This document shows, in pieces, positions 19,184-28,986 of a DNA stretch of 64,000 nucleotides. The notes under the pieces are model-generated. The model did no database searches, was not told the origin of the DNA, and saw only the letters and a list, made by a program, of their open reading frames with translations. The stretch lies in the IMG/VR virus record IMGVR_UViG_3300028394_000040; one strand, 5' to 3'. This DNA is from a virus. Made by a program: the position numbers and the translations under genes. Numbering within the stretch: position 1 is the stretch's first letter; each line of letters opens with the position of its first letter.

Positions 19184-19869
19184 AAGAATAAATCGCTTAT
19201 TGTTTTAAATTTAATATTACATTCTGTAGTCAGATTAATAAGCCAGGTTCGAAGATTATCATAGTTATCTTCATTCCAAACATTTTTATTCCAATCTCCA
19301 GCTATATGACTCTGAAACATTATATTATTATTACCATGCTGGTTAATATCGTTTTCGTTTATTCCATCAGCTCCAAATACCATTTTACATGGGTTCCATT
19401 CCATTCCATGATTATGTTCGTAATGAACTGCAGCCCAATGGAAATTATGCTTTAATTGTAATTGAGATTGTTGCGAGCAAAGCCAGCCTGGGTTCCTCCA
19501 GCCAACAGGTTTGTAATTTACTTTCTGCCATTCTGAATTCATTATAGCTATTCTATCTGTAATATCTCTTTCGTTTTGTAGGAAAGCAAATTCGCATTCT
19601 CCGTATAAGTTTCTATCAGGTGTCTCATGGAAGTGACCATGTGCTGCTAGTTCGAAATATCCTTTTGAAACCATCCAATCGATCCAGTCCTTATATTGAG
19701 AAATAGGATAGTTCATATGATAATTTGAAGGAATAAATAATGTAAACTTGGCTCCGAACTCTTTGTTTAAAGAATCTAGCATTCCCATTTGCCTATCTCC
19801 TTCTACACCCCAACCAGTTTCTGGATGGTTATCGTCTATCGATATTGTTAAGTTATATGTAGGTTTCAC
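19180..19869 (-). CDS. polysaccharide deacetylase-like (CE4/DUF2334) protein
   Basis: SIDD, ELAAHGHFH, GWRNPGW. Confidence 0.75.
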   Translation of the reverse strand: MKPTYNLTISIDDNHPETGWGVEGDRQMGMLDSLNKEFGAKFTLFIPSNYHMNYPISQYKDWIDWMVSKGYFELAAHGHFHETPDRNLYGECEFAFLQNERDITDRIAIMNSEWQKVNYKPVGWRNPGWLCSQQSQLQLKHNFHWAAVHYEHNHGMEWNPCKMVFGADGINENDINQHGNNNIMFQSHIAGDWNKNVWNEDNYDNLRTWLINLTTECNIKFKTISDLFL

Positions 19870-20722
19870 ATTTAATATAGTTACCGTTTGATGATATGTC
19901 TTCTAAGCTAGGAGTAGCGATAGTATAAACCTTACTATACCTGGCTACTATGTCCATTACTCCTGATATAAATCCTACATTGAATACTGCATTACACCTA
20001 ATGTTTGTTTGGAGTCTTATGTCTCCCAACTTACTTAGATCTCCTAACGTGCAATATTTCTCAAAGGGTGTTTCATTTATTGGAATCGAACTGTAGTAAT
20101 ATAAAGGTAAGTTATACTCCTGTAAAATGCCAAGTATTTTAGAAAAATATTCCTCTCTATTAACATTTATTTCTTCAGGTTTATTAGGTATAAGAAGACA
20201 GCCATACTTTGCTCCTTCAGTTATAGTTAACCTCTCTATTTCCTCTTGAGAATCAAAGTATAACTCAGGGCATGAATCTTCAATTTCAGAATCTTGAAAC
20301 CCGTATACCTTTAACATCTGTTCTGGAAGAGGTATATAAATGTTATCTTCGTCGTATACTCTATAATGATCTGTAAATACTTCTCCAGGAATACTATCTA
20401 CTACTCCATCAATATAAGGATTATTCTTAAATATTAATCCAGGATTTAAAAAAGGATCATTCCAATTTCCCCATTGAGATGGATTAAATAACTTACTTAG
20501 TAATTCTCTACTAGGATAAGCTACTTTAGCGTTTGGATACTTCTCTTTAATAAGACGAGGCATAGCTGATACTATACCCCAGTCCCCTATCCCATGACAA
20601 GTTCTAAATATAATAAAGATTTCTTTACTGAATTCAGATATAGGAGAGATTTTGTTGAAACCTAGTCTAGGTACTTCTCCCCCGCTATATAGCTTATCAT
20701 CTATAATTCTAAAGAATATCAT
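19853..20722 (-). CDS. GT9-like (ADP-heptosyltransferase-like) glycosyltransferase
   Basis: HGIGDW, IFKNNPYID, PELYF, VGFISG. Confidence 0.65.
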   Translation of the reverse strand: MIFFRIIDDKLYSGGEVPRLGFNKISPISEFSKEIFIIFRTCHGIGDWGIVSAMPRLIKEKYPNAKVAYPSRELLSKLFNPSQWGNWNDPFLNPGLIFKNNPYIDGVVDSIPGEVFTDHYRVYDEDNIYIPLPEQMLKVYGFQDSEIEDSCPELYFDSQEEIERLTITEGAKYGCLLIPNKPEEINVNREEYFSKILGILQEYNLPLYYYSSIPINETPFEKYCTLGDLSKLGDIRLQTNIRCNAVFNVGFISGVMDIVARYSKVYTIATPSLEDISSNGNYIKCETYI

Positions 20723-21348
20723 TTCTTTTTAATAATAGCAGTAATACTATCTCTTCCTCCATCTCTATAGAAGATCTCTACAAAGTCAGTATTCTCTTTT
20801 AAGTAAGCAGCTTCCTCTTCACTCATATATTGAGTATACAAAGTACCTTCTTTTAATAACTCTAACATTTTTAATGTAGTTACATCTACCGAAGCATCAT
20901 ACCAGTCTGGAAATAAATCAAAATGAGAAGTATGTAAATCTTCTACTATAAAGTATCCACCTGGTTTAACAAATTTAAATAAGTACCCTAGGGTAGTTTG
21001 CTGATGAGGTATTAAATGGGAACCATCGTCTAGGATAAGATCATAGTGTATCGAAGTATCATCTATTACTCCTTGCAATTCGATATTATTTCCTTGATCA
21101 GCTAAGAAGATTTTTATCCTATCTTCTTCGTATTGAAACTTATCTTGATTATCTACTCCTACTATAGTAGCGTTAGGGAAGTAATCCTCCCACATACGTA
21201 AGCTAGAGTTACTTAATACCCCAATTTCCATAATCCACCTAGCATCTTCTCTCATATCTTGGAGATAGTTATGGTAGAAATTAGTAAATTGATGATTAGT
21301 AGCTTTATCAGTACCGTACTGAAGGCCTAATTGTGTTAATTGATCCAT
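20719..21348 (-). CDS. class I SAM-dependent (sugar O-)methyltransferase
   Basis: YGTDK, EIGV, ILDDGSH, GGYFIVEDLHTS. Confidence 0.85.
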   Translation of the reverse strand: MDQLTQLGLQYGTDKATNHQFTNFYHNYLQDMREDARWIMEIGVLSNSSLRMWEDYFPNATIVGVDNQDKFQYEEDRIKIFLADQGNNIELQGVIDDTSIHYDLILDDGSHLIPHQQTTLGYLFKFVKPGGYFIVEDLHTSHFDLFPDWYDASVDVTTLKMLELLKEGTLYTQYMSEEEAAYLKENTDFVEIFYRDGGRDSITAIIKKK

Positions 21349-21349
21349 A

Positions 21350-21895
21350 TTATAATTTGACTAACCAAGATGTGTCTTTAAATGTTTCGTAACTATTTCC
21401 TAACTCTTCTGTTATTGCCTGTCTTACTTGCCACATACATGAATCATGACCGCCAATATATCCTCCAGCTTTAATTTTAGGAAGCCATGCTTTAATTTCT
21501 CTCTTTACTGTATCTACTTCATGGAATGCATCTAAGTAGACAAAGTCAAAAAAACCATCCTCAAAATCTAAAGAAGCTTCTACGCTATCTTTTTTTACCT
21601 TAGTCACATTTTTATAACGTTTCATAAAAGCGTCAAATCGTCTCTCTCCTTCAATTAAAATTGTCGGGTCTCCTATCTCGGCATAAGTAGACCATAAATC
21701 TACACAGTAAATTTGCTTAACACTTCTAGCAAATACTTCTGATGATACACCTGCAAAAGATCCTACTTCAGCTATGATACTGTCTTTTGTTGTTGCTTTC
21801 TCAATTAAAGGAACTAATCCTCTGCATACATTTTGTTCTCTTTCTGCACTTTCATAGTACATTCTAGGTTGATCTAGTAAATCAATTTCTGTCAT
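21350..21895 (-). CDS. class I SAM methyltransferase (Methyltransf_24-like)
   Basis: EVGSFAGVS, DFVYLDAFH, GGYIGGHD. Confidence 0.85.
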   Translation of the reverse strand: MTEIDLLDQPRMYYESAEREQNVCRGLVPLIEKATTKDSIIAEVGSFAGVSSEVFARSVKQIYCVDLWSTYAEIGDPTILIEGERRFDAFMKRYKNVTKVKKDSVEASLDFEDGFFDFVYLDAFHEVDTVKREIKAWLPKIKAGGYIGGHDSCMWQVRQAITEELGNSYETFKDTSWLVKL

Positions 21896-23126
21896 TATCG
21901 TATATTTTAAAATTTGGTAATAGAGTAATAAAGTTTCCTGTAAAATTAACTTCGTCTTTAAATGACTCTACTATATGATCAGCAAAATTATGAGCTAAAA
22001 TAAGCATATAATCTACCTTATGTATTTCTAAAATATCTCTTGAAACTATTTCTATGCCTGTTCCTGGCATATACTTTCCTTGCTTGATATCTGTATCGTC
22101 TATAATAAAATCTATCAGGTTATTATCTGCTCTGATACTATTAAGAAATATACAACCTTTAGCTGCTGCTCCAAATGCTGCTATGCTCATCCCTTTATCT
22201 TTCAGGTTACGTAAATAATTCTTAGCTAGATCTAAATGAGTATTTATTGTATCACCCCATTCAGTATAGTATTTAAGATCATAAGCTTTTTCTCTTTGTA
22301 AGAATTCACTAACAGTTCCGTCTTCCTTTAATTTAGAATTTTCCTTAACTATTGTTACTCTCAAAGTACCTCCATGGATTACTTGCTTCTCTACATTTAC
22401 TATTCGTAATCCATGTTTCTTTAATAACTTAGTTAAAGGAGTTATAGAATAATAGTAAACATGCTCATGGTAAATCTGATCGAATTGATTAGTAACCATG
22501 TCGTGAATCCAATAAGGAAACTCTAGTACCCAAATCCCATCATCTCTTAAAAGTAATTCAATACCCTCGACAAAGGAATTAATATCTAATAAATGCTGAA
22601 AGACATTTGTGGAAGTAATAATTTTTACTTTAGGTATTAGTTTAGCAACTTTAGCTGAGAAGAAATCTACTAATACTGAAATACCCTTTTGTTGACTTAG
22701 TTCCGCTAGGTTTCTTGATGGGTCTATATTCAAACACTTTAACGGTACATCTGATACAGATTTAAACGCAGAGAGTAAAGTTCCATCATTACCGCCGATA
22801 TCAACAACTGCATCATTATCAGCTAACCTAACATACTTATTAATGTGGGTAAACATATTCTTGCAATGTTCAATGTAAGGTATATTTACTCCGGATTTAA
22901 ATAAGTAATTACAAAATAATAACTCTCCGTTAACAGCATGTGTCAATGCAGAAAGTCCAGAGGAAGGATAGTAAGTAACCTCGAGAGGGAACCTCTTACA
23001 GTTAAGAGAATCTTCTCTACTTTCATTGAGATTATTAACCAATGGAAAATTTCCTAGATTAAAATAAAATAATCTTTCAGTACTGTCCGTTATAGGGCAA
23101 GCTTTAATTATTGAATATTCTGTCAT
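21882..23126 (-). CDS. NDP-hexose C-methyltransferase
   Basis: DIGGNDGTLL, FDQIYHEH, HGGTLR, FGAAAKG, ILAHNFA. Confidence 0.88.
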   Translation of the reverse strand: MTEYSIIKACPITDSTERLFYFNLGNFPLVNNLNESREDSLNCKRFPLEVTYYPSSGLSALTHAVNGELLFCNYLFKSGVNIPYIEHCKNMFTHINKYVRLADNDAVVDIGGNDGTLLSAFKSVSDVPLKCLNIDPSRNLAELSQQKGISVLVDFFSAKVAKLIPKVKIITSTNVFQHLLDINSFVEGIELLLRDDGIWVLEFPYWIHDMVTNQFDQIYHEHVYYYSITPLTKLLKKHGLRIVNVEKQVIHGGTLRVTIVKENSKLKEDGTVSEFLQREKAYDLKYYTEWGDTINTHLDLAKNYLRNLKDKGMSIAAFGAAAKGCIFLNSIRADNNLIDFIIDDTDIKQGKYMPGTGIEIVSRDILEIHKVDYMLILAHNFADHIVESFKDEVNFTGNFITLLPNFKIYDNDRN

Positions 23127-23787
23127 AAAATTCTGTGTTCAAACTAAAATCTCTTTCGTAAGGAAAACTGGCATCTTTTACTTCCGGGTTCCGCCTTCTG
23201 GCAAACTCTAACATGGTTTTACTTTCTGTCCCTATGTTAATAACTCCTTGTATGTTACTCTTTGCTACCTTTAAAATTTTTGGAGCTATAATATCTACAT
23301 AGTCTTTACTTGTCCTAAGATTAGAATAAGCTTGATCATATGGAAATTTAGGTGAACCAAAGTTTGTCCTTATTATACAACTATTTTCTACTAGTCTGCT
23401 AGAACACTCTCCTCCTAATTTAGTCCAAGCATATTCATTAAAAGGTAATACCTTATCTGATTCTTTATTATTACCATGTTCCCAATTATAAATGTAATCG
23501 GTACTTATATAAGCTAGTCTTATTTTTGCATCTAGACAATACTTAGTAACATTAGCAGCTCCTATTATATTAGTGTTGATTGCTTTGTATGGATTTTCTC
23601 CTATGTCTATTGAATTTATTTCAGCAGCTGCATTTATAATAATATCAGGTCTGATTGACATTAATTTTTCATATAGTTTTTGGAAATCAGTTATATTAAC
23701 ATCTTTACCAAAACATATTAGATCTTTATCTATTTTTTGAAGTTCATTACCTAGTAACCCTGTACCTCCTAATACAACTACCTTCAT
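23104..23787 (-). CDS. rmlD: dTDP-4-dehydrorhamnose reductase-like (RmlD family)
   Basis: GGTGLLG, INAAA, ISTDY, YAWTK. Confidence 0.8.
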   Translation of the reverse strand: MKVVVLGGTGLLGNELQKIDKDLICFGKDVNITDFQKLYEKLMSIRPDIIINAAAEINSIDIGENPYKAINTNIIGAANVTKYCLDAKIRLAYISTDYIYNWEHGNNKESDKVLPFNEYAWTKLGGECSSRLVENSCIIRTNFGSPKFPYDQAYSNLRTSKDYVDIIAPKILKVAKSNIQGVINIGTESKTMLEFARRRNPEVKDASFPYERDFSLNTEFYDRIFNN

Positions 23788-24416
23788 TACATTTGATCAT
23801 AACTACTGTTTTGCCTCTCTTGTCTATCTATAGTCTTATGATGCTGTAAAGCCCACTCCTCTAATGGAGGTAAATGACTACCGTTATTCCAGTTGGTGAG
23901 TCTTTCATGAACTTTACCTACCCATTTTATACCTGATCTATTTTTACAAATTCTGGATTGATAGTCTGGCCAGTTAACCCATCCTTTATCATTTACTCCC
24001 CAACACCAGTCTTTAATATGCTTTTCAGTTAAACCTTCGACTATATTAACTCTTGGGATTGATATACAATCTACATCAGGGTTGGATTCTAGTACAAATT
24101 TAATAGTAGAGAAGAATGTTTCTGTTAAATACTCGTCTGCATCAATAAAGACTAAATAGTCTCTACTACAAAAATCCATAGCATTATTTTTAAATGCTGC
24201 GAAGTCCATATTTAAATCGCAATGAATTCTATGATACTCGTATCTTGAGCCTGTATTGTACTTTTCAGAAACGCTTTTAACTTCTGTAGTACATCTTGTA
24301 TCTAACTGAACTAGTACTTCATCTTCTGAATCGATATACTCGTTGAGTTGATCTAGTAACCTTTCTAATTCTACATGCTCGTTACATGCAGTAACTACAT
24401 AACTTATTGTTGCCAT
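23787..24416 (-). CDS. GT2 glycosyltransferase
   Basis: DFAAFKN, FIDADE, WPDYQSRI, WVGKVHE. Confidence 0.85.
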   Translation of the reverse strand: MATISYVVTACNEHVELERLLDQLNEYIDSEDEVLVQLDTRCTTEVKSVSEKYNTGSRYEYHRIHCDLNMDFAAFKNNAMDFCSRDYLVFIDADEYLTETFFSTIKFVLESNPDVDCISIPRVNIVEGLTEKHIKDWCWGVNDKGWVNWPDYQSRICKNRSGIKWVGKVHERLTNWNNGSHLPPLEEWALQHHKTIDRQERQNSSYDQM

Positions 24417-24418
24417 AA

Positions 24419-24859
24419 CTATAAATCAAAATAACCTAAATAATCTAACGACTCTATAAAGTCTTTACCAAAATTCTTTAATGTTGTGCTGTCTGATTTA
24501 TGATCAATATCCTTATTAGATAGTTGTTCTTTTTCTTCATCAGTTAAAGGACGAACTTTTATTGCAGTCCAACCCCAATTATCTGCTGTTCTACCGCTGG
24601 CAAATACAGTTCCTTTATCAGAAATATTAATTGCGTTAGGATACCATACTCTTCCTTTACTGTCTACTTTTTTTAAATCCTTGTAAAGAAGAGGAAGCTC
24701 TGCTTCATATTGCTCTACATCGTATTCTCCTTCTACAATAAAATCATTTCCAATAAAACCACATCCAAAGCAACTATAACTGTTTTTAGTTTCATTTAAT
24801 GGAGTAGAGTAACATGCATCAGAACCACATAGTGGGCAGGTAATTAATTCATCAGACAT
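24419..24859 (-). CDS. zinc-ribbon hypothetical protein
   Basis: CPLC...CFGCG. Confidence 0.6.
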   Translation of the reverse strand: MSDELITCPLCGSDACYSTPLNETKNSYSCFGCGFIGNDFIVEGEYDVEQYEAELPLLYKDLKKVDSKGRVWYPNAINISDKGTVFASGRTADNWGWTAIKVRPLTDEEKEQLSNKDIDHKSDSTTLKNFGKDFIESLDYLGYFDL

Positions 24860-24860
24860 T

Positions 24861-26141
24861 TTATATTCTTTTTAGTGTTGGTAATTTTAAAGGTGATATT
24901 TTTATAAAATTTTTATCTATTAACTCTCTCAATTTCTCTTCCATTTTATCCATAGAAAACTTTTCCTTATTTTCTAATGCTAATTCTGAAGCTAAAGGTA
25001 AAAACGTTGCATAGTTTTTATAAATCATATTCCACATTTTCACTACCTCCATTTCGTCAGGGTAAAACCATCTAGCTTCTTGAATTATTAATCCTTTACT
25101 TACTGCTGATCGGTGAACTTTATCTACCTTACCTCCTATTAAATAAGCTTTTTCTTTAGGTAAAAAATCTAATAACCCCGACCATCCTGAAGCTGCTATA
25201 GGTTTTTTAGATCTAGTAAACTCTAAAAGAGGTCTTCCAAATCCTTCTCCTTTAGTTAAACTTACCATTGCTTTAACTTTAGGATGATTATATAGTAAAT
25301 TTATATCTTTATCTTCTAATTCGCCATGAAGAAGGTAAATATTTGGCATATCTCCTTTAACTTCTTTTCGAATTTTTTGAATTCTTTTCTCTATTTCATC
25401 CCTATCCATTATAGAAGAACCCCCAACTGCTGTCTTAATAATTAATGCAGGTTTCGTCTTTACATTACGGAATGTAGTTAAGAAGCTTTTCAGCATGTAC
25501 CCTACATTTTTTCTATCATGACCTAACTCTCCCTGTAGCCAGTGTCCTACAAATAGAAAACAAAAATCTTCTTTAATAGAATTTAACTCAGTAGTTAAAT
25601 CTGTCTTAGGGTACTCTTTAGGGCTAATATAAAAGTACTTAGATAGATCTAAGCCTTCAAATAATACTTCAACAGGTTTTTCTAACTGTAAAGGTTTACC
25701 ACTACTCTTCTCTTTAAAAACGCTATTAGTAAATGTTGTCTTAGCAAATTCGGATGATACTAAAGTTAAATTCATCTTATTAATACCCTCAATTAAACTA
25801 GGGTCACAAATATCTGTTTCAACTCCCGCTGTAACACCTACATTATAAACTCTACCTAATGGCGTAAATTCGTTAGGAACAGTTATCATAAACCAATAAT
25901 CCGGTTGACGAGGTACATTTAAACCTAACCCTAAGTCTACTTTATCTAATATCCATCCCCAGTCATCTATATTGTCTTCTAAATATCCCCAAGGAGTAGC
26001 ACCCCATCTTTGAGATAAAACTCTAATTTCCCATTCATCTTTTTTAAGATTATAAAGAGCTCTTACAAAGTCTCTACTTCTTTGTCCGTACCCAGAGTAG
26101 GAGTCAATTGGGCAGGAAATATAACATAACGGTTTATTCAT
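24861..26141 (-). CDS. GT4 glycosyltransferase
   Basis: SGYG, DRKNV, GEGFGRPLLE, WSGLLDF. Confidence 0.88.
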   Translation of the reverse strand: MNKPLCYISCPIDSYSGYGQRSRDFVRALYNLKKDEWEIRVLSQRWGATPWGYLEDNIDDWGWILDKVDLGLGLNVPRQPDYWFMITVPNEFTPLGRVYNVGVTAGVETDICDPSLIEGINKMNLTLVSSEFAKTTFTNSVFKEKSSGKPLQLEKPVEVLFEGLDLSKYFYISPKEYPKTDLTTELNSIKEDFCFLFVGHWLQGELGHDRKNVGYMLKSFLTTFRNVKTKPALIIKTAVGGSSIMDRDEIEKRIQKIRKEVKGDMPNIYLLHGELEDKDINLLYNHPKVKAMVSLTKGEGFGRPLLEFTRSKKPIAASGWSGLLDFLPKEKAYLIGGKVDKVHRSAVSKGLIIQEARWFYPDEMEVVKMWNMIYKNYATFLPLASELALENKEKFSMDKMEEKLRELIDKNFIKISPLKLPTLKRI

Positions 26142-26142
26142 T

Positions 26143-27594
26143 TTAATATATCAATTTGTGCTTTATAGCTCTTCTTTTTTTATCTTCTATTTTTAAAAGT
26201 TGATATCTTTTTCTAGGTTTAAAAGTTGTGAAAGTCTCTTCTAAAGTACTTATAACATTTTTACACATATTAGTAGAAGACATCATTGACTCATTAGATG
26301 TAACCCATTCTCTAGCTTTTACGCCAATTGACTTTAAACGATCTGGGTCCTGAGTTTTAATAATATAAACTTCCTCAATTTTTTTAGCTATGTCTCTAAA
26401 ATCGGATCTATCGTCAAAGATATATGGAGTAGGAACAGAACCGACAATACTAGTGTTAGTAGGAAAGACTGGGAATGCCCATTCACCTGCATCTGTATAA
26501 GTTCCGAAGTGATTAGAACAGAATTCACTATCAAAATCTATCCAATTACCTTTTTCATTAGTAAATCTCATTTGATCTTGCATACCTCCTGTTACTGTAG
26601 CTATGATAGGTTTACCCGCCATCATACCTTCAGTCAAACTTAAACCCCATCCTTCGTTAGAAGAAGGTAAAGCAACAACATCACATAAATTATACAGGAA
26701 ATTAATTTCTTCTATACCTAATCTATGTTCTGATATCTTTACATTTACGTACTCTGGATCACATAAGAGATCTATTACTTCAGGAAGGTCAGTTCCGTTT
26801 TCATCTACAGCTTGAGTATGTAATAATAAAAGACATTTACTAGCTTTCTCTTTACCTATCTTATCGCAGAAAATCGAATAAGCAGCTATTAGATCACTTA
26901 CACATTTTCTTCTAATATTTCTAGCATTATAAAGCAGTACGAAATTATAGCTTTTACCTTCTAATATATGGTGTCTAAACTTGGAGAGATCAATGTTTTC
27001 CTTTTCCATAGAAGAATCTATAGGAAAGAAATGTTTCTCGTTTATCCCATGAGGAACATAACGTAGCACTTTGTCTTTAGCTTTATCACCTAATACTAAT
27101 TTATTAATATTTAAAGTCTGCTTCGATATAGCCATTAGAGCATCACAAGATTCATAATAAGGCTCATTGTAAAGTGGTGCCGGATAATCATCCCAGATGT
27201 TTAAATAGACTAACGGTATTTTTTTCCTGATTTCATTTTCGATTTGGAATAACCATATCCAATATCTAGGATCTGTGAAGATCATAATAGCGTCAGGTTT
27301 TTCTATCGATATAAGCTGTCTAATAGATTCTGGACTGCCGTACCCGTTATGAGGGTAAATAATGACATTAGCGTCTTCTATACCGTTATACTTGTTAGTT
27401 TCACCACTCAAATCTAACTTCTTACCATGCTCAGGGTGATCTATACCTGCAGCTACATTTACCCAGTTAAACCTATGTGATGTACCTACTACTATTTCTC
27501 TAGCCATAGTAGCTATTCCTGAATGCATTCTAATATCGTCGCATAACAGAAGAATTTTTTTTCTTTCTTCTTTTACAATGTAACCTTCTTTCAT
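26143..27594 (-). CDS. GT4 glycosyltransferase
   Basis: VPHG, RNIRRK, NEGWGLSLTEGMMAGKP. Confidence 0.9.
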   Translation of the reverse strand: MKEGYIVKEERKKILLLCDDIRMHSGIATMAREIVVGTSHRFNWVNVAAGIDHPEHGKKLDLSGETNKYNGIEDANVIIYPHNGYGSPESIRQLISIEKPDAIMIFTDPRYWIWLFQIENEIRKKIPLVYLNIWDDYPAPLYNEPYYESCDALMAISKQTLNINKLVLGDKAKDKVLRYVPHGINEKHFFPIDSSMEKENIDLSKFRHHILEGKSYNFVLLYNARNIRRKCVSDLIAAYSIFCDKIGKEKASKCLLLLHTQAVDENGTDLPEVIDLLCDPEYVNVKISEHRLGIEEINFLYNLCDVVALPSSNEGWGLSLTEGMMAGKPIIATVTGGMQDQMRFTNEKGNWIDFDSEFCSNHFGTYTDAGEWAFPVFPTNTSIVGSVPTPYIFDDRSDFRDIAKKIEEVYIIKTQDPDRLKSIGVKAREWVTSNESMMSSTNMCKNVISTLEETFTTFKPRKRYQLLKIEDKKRRAIKHKLIY

Positions 27595-27600
27595 TAATAC

Positions 27601-27801
27601 TTATTTTAAACTTCCTGAAAATTCTGTGTTAAAATGACTATGTAGCATTCCTCTGAATGTCTCGTCTGTGATGTATAAATGTAACCCTCTGTCGGTTAAT
27701 TTTTGTAGCGAAAACTTAGTTCTTACACACAATACTTTGAATTCATCGAATAGCTTTTTGTCAACTTTAACAGATGTTAGCTGTTGATTAATATTTGCCA
27801 T
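27601..27801 (-). CDS. ribbon-helix-helix DNA-binding protein
   Basis: LTSVKVDKKLFDEFK...SLQKL beta-alpha-alpha pattern. Confidence 0.6.
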   Translation of the reverse strand: MANINQQLTSVKVDKKLFDEFKVLCVRTKFSLQKLTDRGLHLYITDETFRGMLHSHFNTEFSGSLK

Positions 27802-27849
27802 AATTTATTTATTTATAATAAATATATGAATATATACTAAACACTCCAA

Positions 27850-28725
27850 TTAATTTATTTTTTTATCACAAAGGTCGGGTTTGTTATCAAATGGACACCA
27901 GTGACAAAGCTTAGTCGGGTTCTTTTTGTACTCCTGTTCTATATATTCTCCATCTTTAGTAAACACTTCATTTATAAATTCAGAGAAATCCTCATAAGCG
28001 TCTTTAACTTTCTTAGTTCCATTAGCAGGTTTGAATTCCTGTATTCGTTTAATAGGATATTCGCTAACCTCCGGTACTTTCCTTTTTACAATAAAGAAAA
28101 CTACGTCAATCTTATCTTCCGGTACATTCTTTAGAAGGCTGAAGTATTTCTTATATAATAGAATTTGATTAATTTTTGTTTGGTCTTTCTTCTCCTTATC
28201 CCCCCATCCTCTTGTAGATGTTTTAATATCGTAAATAGTATACCTATCTGCTAGTTCACTATAAAGAACAAAATCTATAAAACCTTTGACGGTAATATTC
28301 TGTATTTCAGTACTAGCAGATGTACTAATAGGAATTTCGATACCTTCTAACTTAGTATTTTTCTTACTAAAATACTCAGCTCTATTCTTCTTAAAGAATG
28401 AAAGTATAGCAACTCCATCTGAATGAAACTCAGATAGTTCTTGAGGAGTTGAAAAATGTACTCCATTGGTTATAGCTTGCTTGTAGTTTTCTACTAACCT
28501 TTCCTTAAGGTACGAGTCTAGTTCTATTTCATCTGCCTCCTTTCCTGTTTTTTCAAACATAACTTGGAGATAATGTTGAAGTGTTTCATGAAAACTAGTT
28601 CCAAAAGTTAAATGAATACTTGGTTTGAATTCCCTAAGACCTTTAACATACGTAAGATACCATTGATGGGAGCATTGACGAAACAGAGAGTATTGTGAGT
28701 AGGATACAGATTTACTCATTTGCAC
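27850..28725 (-). CDS. PD-(D/E)XK (RecB/Cas4-like) exonuclease
   Basis: SYSQ...C, GTSFHE, GFID...YDIKTS, Q..LY, CHWCPF. Confidence 0.85.
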   Translation of the reverse strand: MQMSKSVSYSQYSLFRQCSHQWYLTYVKGLREFKPSIHLTFGTSFHETLQHYLQVMFEKTGKEADEIELDSYLKERLVENYKQAITNGVHFSTPQELSEFHSDGVAILSFFKKNRAEYFSKKNTKLEGIEIPISTSASTEIQNITVKGFIDFVLYSELADRYTIYDIKTSTRGWGDKEKKDQTKINQILLYKKYFSLLKNVPEDKIDVVFFIVKRKVPEVSEYPIKRIQEFKPANGTKKVKDAYEDFSEFINEVFTKDGEYIEQEYKKNPTKLCHWCPFDNKPDLCDKKIN

Positions 28726-28915
28726 TCTGCTTTAGCTTTTCTAAATAAAGAATTCCGTCTAACAACTCTTCTTGTGCATGTTGAATCCAATCTAATGTAG
28801 ATAGATCTTGTCTGTCTAGATCTGTGTTGTACTTTTCTTTACCTTTTCTTGCTCTAGCTTTTATCTGCTCAATTACAGATAACACTACTGAATCGTATTT
28901 GAAGTCTTCGCTCAT
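28712..28915 (-). CDS. small all-alpha NTP-pyrophosphatase-like phage protein
   Basis: GKEKYNTDLDR...WIQHAQEELLDGILYLEK. Confidence 0.55.
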   Translation of the reverse strand: MSEDFKYDSVVLSVIEQIKARARKGKEKYNTDLDRQDLSTLDWIQHAQEELLDGILYLEKLKQSANE

Positions 28916-28953
28916 ATAAATTTTAAATTATTATAACGTAACCTTCATTACAT

Positions 28954-28984
28954 TAAAGGTAATTAATAAAAATTTATGAGCAAA
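28954..28984 (-). promoter_or_regulatory. Bacteroidota-type housekeeping sigma promoter
   Basis: TTTG-N19-TACCTTTA. Confidence 0.6.
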
Positions 28985-28986
28985 CT

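Noticed and set aside
27850-28725. CRISPR-Cas system suggested by the Cas4-like nuclease
   Set aside because: No repeat-spacer array or other cas genes; a standalone phage exonuclease is more likely
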